Source: Oligoflexia bacterium
GTDB lineage: Bacteria > Bdellovibrionota > Bdellovibrionia > JABDDW01
Assembly: GCA_043732305.1 (NCBI GenBank)
Contig: JAYTHU010000068.1
Location: 1-36,734, forward strand
Reading direction: 5' to 3'
DNA: 36,734 bases
Each line of letters opens with the position of its first letter. Position 1 is the first letter of the stretch. Below the pieces are notes generated by a model. The model saw only the letters and a program-made list of their open reading frames with translations, had not been told where the DNA came from and did not search any database. The position numbers and the translations under genes were made by a program. Shown piece by piece: positions 1 to 7,488 of the stretch.

Positions 1-259
1 TCCTGTATTGGACTATATTTAAGGCATTAGTCATCCTCAAAATTATCGTAAATAGGTTTCTCAACCTTTAGATCAACTAATTTTTTTAGATCAGCCAAAT
101 TAGGCACTCTTGAAGAGGGACGATATCAGTGGATCCCCGGGCCTATTTTGGCTGATCTCAAAAAATTAGTTGATCTAAAGGTTGAGAAACCTATTTACGA
201 TAATTTTGAGGATGACTAATGCCTTAAATATAGTCCAATACAGGACTATATTTAAGGCA
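1..259. repeat. Long nested inverted repeat (REPIN/MITE-like, or fold-back artefact)
   Basis: 1-105 is the reverse complement of 141-245 with 2 mismatches (87/159, 100/146) around a 35-bp loop (106-140). 220-236 (tgccttaaatatagtcc) and 243-259 (ggactatatttaaggca) form a perfect 17-bp IR with a 6-bp spacer, partly repeated at 1-26. Confidence 0.95.
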
Positions 260-279
260 GAGCGAATTACAAATTGGTT

Positions 280-606
280 TTAAGGAACGCGGACAACGAT
301 GTCTTCGTCACCACTAGGAACGCACTGGCAAGAAAGACGTGACAGTTCGGTGCGGCCAGATGCATTGTCTAACTGATCATTTTCGTCGCCGGAGATTGCT
401 CCGCAAGTATTGAATCCTTTTTCAACAATGACATGACAAGTAGAGCAGGCGACGTTTCCACCGCAGACGTGTTCTAAATCAACATTGTGAGAAAGTGCAA
501 TATCTAAAATGCTTCCAGGATTGCCGGTTTCGCCGTAGGGAAATTTTGAAGGATCGACTTCAACGGTGACATTGTTGGGCTGGAAAGTGATCTTGTATGG
601 TTTCAT
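280..606 (-). CDS. fdx: 2Fe-2S ferredoxin, ISC/adrenodoxin type
   Basis: HVCGGNVACSTCHV...RLSCQC motif (C-x5-C-x2-C...C); SD-like aaggac upstream. Confidence 0.9.
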   Translation of the reverse strand: MKPYKITFQPNNVTVEVDPSKFPYGETGNPGSILDIALSHNVDLEHVCGGNVACSTCHVIVEKGFNTCGAISGDENDQLDNASGRTELSRLSCQCVPSGDEDIVVRVP

Positions 607-644
607 TCGAATAAGTCCTTAAATTTAGTTTTATGTTTGGGTCT

Positions 645-672
645 GTTTTAACCGGCTGAGCCGTAGGGTCAA
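645..672 (-). promoter_or_regulatory. Putative sigma70 promoter of fdx
   Basis: Minus strand TTGACC-N16-TAAAAC; the -35 abuts the U-tract of the upstream terminator. Confidence 0.35.
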
Positions 673-714
673 CAAAAAAAGAAAAGGGCCTCCACAGAAC
701 AATGGAGACCCTTT
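671..714 (-). terminator. Rho-independent terminator
   Basis: Minus strand aaagggtctcca-ttgttctg-tggaggcccttt (12-bp stem, one G-U) followed by tctttttttgtt, downstream of the 784..1101 gene. Confidence 0.8.
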
Positions 715-740
715 ATATCAAAACTGAGCTGTAAATAATG

Positions 741-796
741 ATCAGTGCTTGGCTATTAGTGCTTGCCAATCAATGCTCGGCTATTAGTGTTTATCC
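741..796. repeat. Degenerate 28-bp tandem duplication
   Basis: atcagtgcttggctattagtgcttgcca vs atcaatgctcggctattagtgtttatcc, 22/28 identical; spans the stop codon of the 784..1101 gene. Confidence 0.6.
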
Positions 797-1101
797 GAGC
801 CACTTTCATAAATGCTATTTTCAACAATGTTGAAATAGGTTCGTAAAAGCAGATCGTAAGTTTCTCTATCCAGATTTTCCAGAAAATCCATTTTGGATTG
901 GATACTTCCTTTAGCAATAAATTCAGACAGAATTTTCTGAATCCGTTGCACGTTTTCAAAAGAGAAAAAATCAATCTCTTCTGTCGGTCGACTCAGAACT
1001 CGTCTGATCTCTCGGTTGTCAAAAAGAACATGATACCCCTGGGCAGACTGATTAAACAAATATTCAACTTCTTTGAGTTGTTCTTTGTCGATATATACCA
1101 T
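784..1101 (-). CDS. Small hypothetical protein (~105 aa)
   Basis: Track ORF 784..1179; start moved to MVYIDK (1101) because of SD aaggaggc upstream. Followed by a terminator. Confidence 0.75.
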   Translation of the reverse strand: MVYIDKEQLKEVEYLFNQSAQGYHVLFDNREIRRVLSRPTEEIDFFSFENVQRIQKILSEFIAKGSIQSKMDFLENLDRETYDLLLRTYFNIVENSIYESGSDKH

Positions 1102-1233
1102 TTTCCCGCCTCCTTGCGTAAAACCCCTACTATTAGTCTGAGGGGACCTTGCCCCCCAATGCAAGAAAATTTTCTTCATGTAAACGGCCAGTTTGGATTA
1201 TGATTGCGGGATGAACTTAGATGGAGTTGAAGA

Positions 1234-2193
1234 ATGAAATGTAAGAAATCGAGTTACAAAATAAAATATGTCTACCTAGCCTATGGTCTAACCGCGGTTT
1301 TATTGGGCGCGTGCGCGCACGTGAAACAAGCTGATGTAACAGTTCCGGTCGGTCAGGCGATCACGTCTGAGCAGTCAAAAGCATCCGGACCGCTTTTGAA
1401 ACCCGAGCTAGAAGTCCTCAAACTCAATCCTGCACCGATTCTTTCGGGGCCTTCCGTGGCGATGAAAATTTTAGTAGAAAAAGGACGCGTGGAAGTCACG
1501 TCGAATTGTGAAGTCAGCGTGATCAAAGCTTATGAAGATGGAGAATTGCGCCATAAAAGAATGGAAGCTTCTGATTTCAAAGTTCGAACGATCACTTTAC
1601 CAATTAGCACTGCTAAAGAAATCGTGCAAACTGAAGAGACTTTTTTCAAAGACGGCCAAATGGATTTGCATGATTTAGCATTTCCTGAGATTGACGAAAA
1701 AATTCTATTCAGTTTCACTCCCGATGCCCATGTTTTAAAAGTCGCCGGCTATCCACCTAAATCTATTTTTTATGTTCAAGCAATTCCATTGCCTCCCGGT
1801 CCGGTAAAGCTTGGGCAAGAATGGGTTTCGGAAAGTTCGTGGGAAGCCAATGAGGGTGTCGCTCTCACTACAAAAATAAAAGGCAAATTTGAATCGTGGA
1901 AAACTTGCGGAACTCACCAGTGCGCGGAAATCTCTGTGAGTGGTGTAGTTCACATGCCAGATAAATTAGAAAAAGCGAGCGGGTTTGAACATCGAATCAC
2001 TGGACGATTTTTATTTGAGCCGCTTCGTGGACTGATTCCTTTCTCGCAATTCGTATCTGATGAACGGATGCAAGGAACGGGAGCTCAAGCTGCTGTGAAG
2101 TCGACGCTTCGCTCGATTCTGATTCAACCACCTGGGTATTACACAGCAAATCATGAAGAGCTAAATTGTCCTTCCGGACCAATGGAAGAATAA
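1234..2193 (+). CDS. Hypothetical lipoprotein
   Basis: Basic N-terminus, hydrophobic stretch and lipobox LLGA-C; SD ggag upstream; 319-aa ORF. Confidence 0.75.
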   Translation: MKCKKSSYKIKYVYLAYGLTAVLLGACAHVKQADVTVPVGQAITSEQSKASGPLLKPELEVLKLNPAPILSGPSVAMKILVEKGRVEVTSNCEVSVIKAYEDGELRHKRMEASDFKVRTITLPISTAKEIVQTEETFFKDGQMDLHDLAFPEIDEKILFSFTPDAHVLKVAGYPPKSIFYVQAIPLPPGPVKLGQEWVSESSWEANEGVALTTKIKGKFESWKTCGTHQCAEISVSGVVHMPDKLEKASGFEHRITGRFLFEPLRGLIPFSQFVSDERMQGTGAQAAVKSTLRSILIQPPGYYTANHEELNCPSGPMEE

Positions 2194-2548
2194 ATCCAAT
2201 CCCGTAAGTCCAACTGCTCACTAAATAACTGAGTGCGCGCCAGTAAGATTGTTTTAGAGTGAGTGGCATTCCGGTGTTCTTATGCAAAGTCTGAATTTGC
2301 ATAAGTTTTTTCCCTAGAGTCTGACTATAAATAGCTTCCGCAAAAGTGAAGTAGGCAACGAAAAATAATCCGCCCGTGAACTGGCTCATGAAAAGTTCTA
2401 CTTCAGTGCTGGCGGTCAGATTTTTCACCGAACACAAAAGCTCATAGAACTTGATCATTCCCCCACCCATGATCACCTGAACAATCGCAATCGCTCCAAG
2501 ATCAATCCCAAAGGCCGCCGCACGTTTAGAAAAGTTAGCTTTAGTCAT
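1997..2548 (-). CDS. RDD family membrane protein
   Basis: FSKRAAAFGID, QTLGKKLM, WRAL and RKDNLALHDLLCNTQVV motifs with hydrophobic helices. Confidence 0.88.
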   Translation of the reverse strand: MTKANFSKRAAAFGIDLGAIAIVQVIMGGGMIKFYELLCSVKNLTASTEVELFMSQFTGGLFFVAYFTFAEAIYSQTLGKKLMQIQTLHKNTGMPLTLKQSYWRALSYLVSSWTYGIGFILPLVRKDNLALHDLLCNTQVVESESSEASTSQQLELPFLASVHQIRIARKESVHEAAQIKIVQ

Positions 2549-2776
2549 GCCAACTTTTCGTCAGCCCCCAGCTTTACCTCAAGTCCGGAAAAGGAAGTCG
2601 CGCGCGACCGCCGAGGTGTCAAAAGGTCCTGCGGGTGTCAGGCAAAAATGGTATCAACAGTGTGGGGGAGTTGTCAGATCAAAGATATTGGCCGGCAGGG
2701 GTGGCATGAGTTGCAATTTAAGTAATTCAAATGAACACGCCATGGTGGCGAATCAATTATCAGAAAGGCCAAACAA

Positions 2777-3463
2777 ATGAAATTAAGAAATAAAACAGCA
2801 ATGAGCACTAAACTCGTTTTAACTACTATGATCTTAGGAATCTCTGTTTTGGCTCAAGCGCAATCCGGGCATAAGCATAGTAAGAGGCTGCATTTAAAGC
2901 CTGCGTTGCTCAGCGATCAAGCGCTGTTTAGCTACAAAATTTGCGGCGACTTAGCTTCAGAAATTGTAAACGATGTAACATCTGAGCGTGAAATTCGTAT
3001 AGTCTTGGACGAGCAACGTAAAACCGCTCCTAGCGTCAAAGAGTCCCGTGCTCAATACACAAGTGCTGTTAAATCTAAGAAAATTCAACAATCACTTGGC
3101 GATGATACGGCGAGTGTCGTTGAATTAAAAAATGCCCGTTACCTCTCTTTTCTACCAGGATCCGGTAACGGAATTTTCGTAGTGCAGAAAATGGAAGAAA
3201 GTCAATGTATTGATCTGATTGGAACTTCAGACAACATCGAAAAAGCGGAAAAACTAAACATTTTCGATCTCGGTGAAATCACTGCCAACAAAGTAGATGA
3301 GCTTAAAACTAAATATGTTAAGACCCATGCGCGACTTGCAGACCAAGATATGTATGAACAAAAATTTGGTGCCATCACCAATCGCACAAACGTGAATGTC
3401 TCGAATGATAGCGAGAGTTTTATTGCTCACGAATCTGTTGCTGACGGATCTTCAGTAAAATAA
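2777..3463 (+). CDS. Hypothetical secreted protein
   Basis: 228-aa ORF with signal peptide (..ISVLAQA), SD gaaagg and a downstream terminator. Confidence 0.75.
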   Translation: MKLRNKTAMSTKLVLTTMILGISVLAQAQSGHKHSKRLHLKPALLSDQALFSYKICGDLASEIVNDVTSEREIRIVLDEQRKTAPSVKESRAQYTSAVKSKKIQQSLGDDTASVVELKNARYLSFLPGSGNGIFVVQKMEESQCIDLIGTSDNIEKAEKLNIFDLGEITANKVDELKTKYVKTHARLADQDMYEQKFGAITNRTNVNVSNDSESFIAHESVADGSSVK

Positions 3464-3479
3464 AACCCTGTCCCCTAAT

Positions 3480-3505
3480 GCCGCCGGTTCCCCCACCGGC
3501 GGTTT
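3480..3505 (+). terminator. Putative Rho-independent terminator
   Basis: gccgccggt-tccccc-accggcggt followed by tt, 16 nt after the stop; short U tract. Confidence 0.6.
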
Positions 3506-3634
3506 AATCACTCACATCAGCGATCACAGATTAGGCGTTCGACCAAACTTCAGTGATTCGAAAACCCTAGTATATTTAGGTGTTTATAGAAGAGCTCCCT
3601 GGATTGATCAGAATCCTCTTCACTTGCCAATTCT

Positions 3635-3679
3635 CAAGTCCTTGATTTCCCTCGTGTCTCAATCGGCATCAACTTTGCT
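3635..3679 (+). promoter_or_regulatory. Sigma54 promoter with upstream IHF site
   Basis: CGGCATCAACTTTGCT at 3664-3679 (GG-N10-GC); 3635-3647 reverse complement AATCAAGGACTTG matches IHF consensus WATCAANNNNTTR. Confidence 0.65.
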
Positions 3680-3701
3680 TTATTAAAAGTATGGAAGGGG
3701 T

Positions 3702-4367
3702 GTGTTCAATATGAACTCAAGAAACAAAAATATCGCGGCGGGGTTTCTGGGAATCACTCTCGGATTCACCTTTTGGGCGAATGATCAAATCTTTAAGAAG
3801 GCCCTACTGGTCGATGAAATTGGCGTTGCCTCATTGGGCGGACGAATGCCTGCTAGCATGGTAATACAGGGCCTGCGCTCTGGAGATGTGACATCTGAGA
3901 GATCTCTGGCAAGTGTTCTTGCTGAGCCAGATTCTATGGAAAAAAGCGGTAGAAAAGTCGCCAGCGTTGGCCGAGCTTCAAGCCCTCTTGATAACTTGCG
4001 CTTCGGTACTCTTGAAGGAAAATATGCCATCACCTTGGCATCAGAAAACGTTCCTGGATCTGAAGTGGATAAAGTCAGCAATATTGATTTCATCGATAAT
4101 CCTGGTTCCGAGGGCAGGCCTACGCTCATCACGGATAGGACAGAATTTATCAAAAAACATTCGGATCTTTTAGACATTGGCGTGGCGATCGAGAAAGTTA
4201 AAACGGCATTGTCAGGAAGACATATCGTTGAAACATACAAGGCGCTAGCACGAGGAAGTTTCAAAACAGTAATTATTCAAATTGAGCTCGATGAAAAAGA
4301 TCGTCTCTATAGCCTCAGACTTAAAGACGAAAACAACTCGCTACCGGGCTCTACACTTAAGCTTTAA
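3702..4367 (+). CDS. Hypothetical membrane-anchored/secreted protein
   Basis: N-terminal TM/signal; start may be ATG 3711; repeated RxxAS motifs. Confidence 0.75.
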   Translation: MFNMNSRNKNIAAGFLGITLGFTFWANDQIFKKALLVDEIGVASLGGRMPASMVIQGLRSGDVTSERSLASVLAEPDSMEKSGRKVASVGRASSPLDNLRFGTLEGKYAITLASENVPGSEVDKVSNIDFIDNPGSEGRPTLITDRTEFIKKHSDLLDIGVAIEKVKTALSGRHIVETYKALARGSFKTVIIQIELDEKDRLYSLRLKDENNSLPGSTLKL

Positions 4368-4375
4368 CTGCAACG

Positions 4376-7300
4376 TTAAATTCCGTGAGCTGCGTTAGGT
4401 TCAGGCGTCTCCATATCGGGAGCAAATCCGCGGCGCATGGTGTTTTCTGTGATCGTTCGAGGTTCTAAAAATTGCAGTAAATAATCTGGGCCACCAGCTT
4501 TACTGCCAACGCCTGACATTTTAAATCCACCAAAGGGATGTCGTCCAACAATAGCTCCTGTGCAACCGCGATTGATGTACAGATTGCCGACTTCGAATTC
4601 GCGTCGCGCTTTTTCTAAATGCGCGGGACTCCGAGTGTAAACTCCGCCGGTGAGGGCAAACTCTGTTCCGTTTGCTACAGCGAGTGCTTCATCGAAAGTT
4701 TTGACTTTAATCACCGCTAGCACTGGTCCAAAGATTTCATTTTGCGCGGTCCAGCTATCTGGCTTGATATTTTCCACAATCGTCGGGGAAATAAAATAGC
4801 CCACAGATGGCACTGGGGCTTCAAATAAAAGATTTCCTTCAGACTTCGCTTTAACTATCGCTTCTCTGATTCGATCAAAAGCTTCTTCATCTACTACCGG
4901 CCCAACGGAAGCGCCGGCGCTTTCTGGATTTGTCACAAGTAAACTTCTTGCCGCTTCAGTCAATCGATTAACAAATTTGTCGTAATTTTCTTCAAGCACA
5001 ATCACGCGCGAACAAGCGGAACATTTTTGTCCTTGATATCCAAAAGCAGAATAAATCACGCCTTGAACGGCTTCGTCTAAATCCGCGTCGCTATCCACAA
5101 TGATGGCATTTTTCCCGCCGAGTTCAGCGACAACTTTTTTAATGCTTTGTTGTCCTGGCTGGGTTTTTGCGGCCTTGCTGATGATTTGCAATCCCACATT
5201 TTTGGAGCCGGTGAAAACAATAAAATCCACCTTGTGGTGATTCACTAAATATTCTCCGACCTCTTCTCCGTAGCCCGGAAGGAAGTTGATCACGCCGGGA
5301 GGCATGCCTGCTTCTTTCAGAATTTCCATGAAGGCTGCGGCAATGATCGGTGATTGTTCGGCAGGTTTCATGATGACGGCGTTTCCGCAAACAGCTGCAC
5401 CAACCGTCATGCCGCAAAGAATGGCGAGTGGGAAATTCCATGGAGCAATGACCACGCCTACGCCTCGGGGCTGGTAAAAATATTGACTGTCTTCACCGGG
5501 AACAAAACTTACTTTTTGCGAAACCGAAAGTTTTCGCATTTGGCCGGCGTAGTAATCACAGAAATCGATCGCTTCGGCGATGTCGCCGTCGGCTTCGCGC
5601 CAAGTTTTCCCAACTTCATAAACTTCGAGTGCTGCGAGATCAAATTTTTTCTCTCGCATGAGTTGACCCGTTTTCTCCAAAATCGCTGCGCGTTTGTCCG
5701 CGGAAGTTTTAGCCCATTCGATTTGCGCGATTTTAGCTACTTCAATAGCTTGATCAGCGTCCGTCGCCCCGGCGGCAGAAGTTTTTCCAACTATGACCGA
5801 AGGGTCAGCGGGATTGACCGATATTATTTCTTGATTGGTTTTGATTTCTTTTTTACCAATGATCAGTGGATAAGTTTTTCCGAATTGTTTTTTTATTTTC
5901 GCGAGCGAATCTTTCATCGCCTTGCGATTTTCTTCCTTATTGAAATCAATAGGAGGCTCGTTTTCAAAAATGGTCTTTTTGACCGCTGACGTTTTAGCGG
6001 ATTTGATTTCTTCTGGTTCGAAAATATTCTTGCCTGTGCCATTAGTGTAGGCAGGGTCTTTTAACAGTTCTTGAGTTGAGAGATTAGTTGTGAACTTTGC
6101 TCTCAAGAAACTTTCATTGGAGGTGTTCTCTAAAAGTCTGCGTACTAAATAAGCCATTCCAGGAATGAGTTCACCAACTGGTGCGTACTCACGTACCCTG
6201 AACCCCATGTGCACCAAAGATCTTTTGATGGGCTCGGCCATTCCATAAAGCATTTGAATTTCAAAACTGCGTTTGTTCACTCCCAGTTTTTCTGCTTGAA
6301 CCAAAATGTTCGAAATTGAACGGACGTTGTGAGATCCGAAAGCGGATTTTAGATATTTGTCATTTTGTAACATCAAAAGTGACAATCTCTCGTAGTTGGC
6401 ATCCGTTTGTTTTTTATTAGTGTAAACGGGGATTGCCCAGCCCTTTTGCTTCGCTTGAATCGTCTCGTAGTCCCAGTAGGCACCTTTGACCAAGCGGATG
6501 GTGATTCGTCCAGAGCGTTTTTTTGCCCATTCGATCATGCCTTCGATATCAGCAAGAGATTCTTTCAAATAAGCTTGGATGACCATGCCTACGTTGTGGT
6601 GGTTTTTAAATTCTTCTTCGTCCATCAAACTTTTGAATAGCTTGATGGTTAAATCTTTGTGAAAAAACGATTCCATGTCTAGATTTAGAAATACGCCGAG
6701 TTCTTTGGCTCGTCTAAATAGTGGGCGAAGTTTTTCTTTGACGGCATTTATGGAGTTTTCAGGGTCGATAGGATCAAACTGCGAAAAGAGTGAACTCACT
6801 TTGACGGACACATTCACTTTGCTGATGGGGCCCAAGTGATCCCGATCCATCAATTCATCCTCAGGCCATTTTTTAGATAGCTCTGCTAGATTTTCAATGA
6901 GCGCTAGATATCTGCGGAAATAACTTTCTGCTTCCTTTTCGCTCACCGCGGCTTCACCTAAAATATCCACGGTGAAGCAAAGATGATTTTTTCTTAATTT
7001 TTCAAGAGTTCCAAATGCTTCTTCGGCAGTGGCACCGGTGATAAACATTTTTGCCATTTGCATGACATTTTTTTTAATCGCTCCGGCCATGAGTCCTGGT
7101 GCGAGTGCGCCAAGTCCAAGTCCCCATCCTAAGACTGATGGGAGTGGTTGATCTTCACTCGAAAAATATTCTTTAAGATGACGGGCGATTTCGTCTGACG
7201 AATTAAGATAGGGGAGGACGTCCACAAATCTGAACATCTGAATTTTGAAACCTTCATTTTGCATCGACCAATCCATGATTCGTCCATACCACCAATCTTT

Positions 7301-7399
7301 ATTAAAGATGGATCCGGTTTCTTCGGCCATGATGTCGAAAATTTTTTGTCCCTGCGAAACGATAAGTGATTGCAAAGTTTCTTGACTCATTTGGTTCAT
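4376..7399 (-). CDS. putA: Bifunctional proline dehydrogenase / L-glutamate gamma-semialdehyde dehydrogenase (minimal PutA, no RHH domain)
   Basis: RLVKGAYWDYE, EIQMLYGMA and YLVRRLLENTSNESF (PRODH); PWNFP, ELGGKN, GQKCSACS and EIFGP (ALDH). Confidence 0.97.
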   Translation of the reverse strand: MNQMSQETLQSLIVSQGQKIFDIMAEETGSIFNKDWWYGRIMDWSMQNEGFKIQMFRFVDVLPYLNSSDEIARHLKEYFSSEDQPLPSVLGWGLGLGALAPGLMAGAIKKNVMQMAKMFITGATAEEAFGTLEKLRKNHLCFTVDILGEAAVSEKEAESYFRRYLALIENLAELSKKWPEDELMDRDHLGPISKVNVSVKVSSLFSQFDPIDPENSINAVKEKLRPLFRRAKELGVFLNLDMESFFHKDLTIKLFKSLMDEEEFKNHHNVGMVIQAYLKESLADIEGMIEWAKKRSGRITIRLVKGAYWDYETIQAKQKGWAIPVYTNKKQTDANYERLSLLMLQNDKYLKSAFGSHNVRSISNILVQAEKLGVNKRSFEIQMLYGMAEPIKRSLVHMGFRVREYAPVGELIPGMAYLVRRLLENTSNESFLRAKFTTNLSTQELLKDPAYTNGTGKNIFEPEEIKSAKTSAVKKTIFENEPPIDFNKEENRKAMKDSLAKIKKQFGKTYPLIIGKKEIKTNQEIISVNPADPSVIVGKTSAAGATDADQAIEVAKIAQIEWAKTSADKRAAILEKTGQLMREKKFDLAALEVYEVGKTWREADGDIAEAIDFCDYYAGQMRKLSVSQKVSFVPGEDSQYFYQPRGVGVVIAPWNFPLAILCGMTVGAAVCGNAVIMKPAEQSPIIAAAFMEILKEAGMPPGVINFLPGYGEEVGEYLVNHHKVDFIVFTGSKNVGLQIISKAAKTQPGQQSIKKVVAELGGKNAIIVDSDADLDEAVQGVIYSAFGYQGQKCSACSRVIVLEENYDKFVNRLTEAARSLLVTNPESAGASVGPVVDEEAFDRIREAIVKAKSEGNLLFEAPVPSVGYFISPTIVENIKPDSWTAQNEIFGPVLAVIKVKTFDEALAVANGTEFALTGGVYTRSPAHLEKARREFEVGNLYINRGCTGAIVGRHPFGGFKMSGVGSKAGGPDYLLQFLEPRTITENTMRRGFAPDMETPEPNAAHGI

Positions 7400-7488
7400 T
7401 GCTTTTCCTGTTCAAAAGTTAAGACCTCATTTTTACCGCAGTTTTTCTAGGCTTGTCCATACCCAGTCAGGGCTGCGGCGAGTCAACT

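Noticed and set aside
220..259. 17-6-17 IR as a chromosomal dif site or plain terminator
   Set aside because: Arms do not resemble XerC/XerD boxes (no TTATGTTAAAT-like half) and there is no U-tract; it is part of the larger palindrome.
1..259. CRISPR array
   Set aside because: Repeats are inverted with no regular repeat-spacer periodicity, and no cas genes are present.
2702..2715. tggcatgagttgca as a sigma54 promoter
   Set aside because: GG-GC spacing is 8 rather than the strictly required 10.
3785..5989. Shadow ORFs (3785..4264, 5139..5441, 5354..5989 and similar ones elsewhere)
   Set aside because: They overlap well-supported genes antisense or out of frame and show no motifs.
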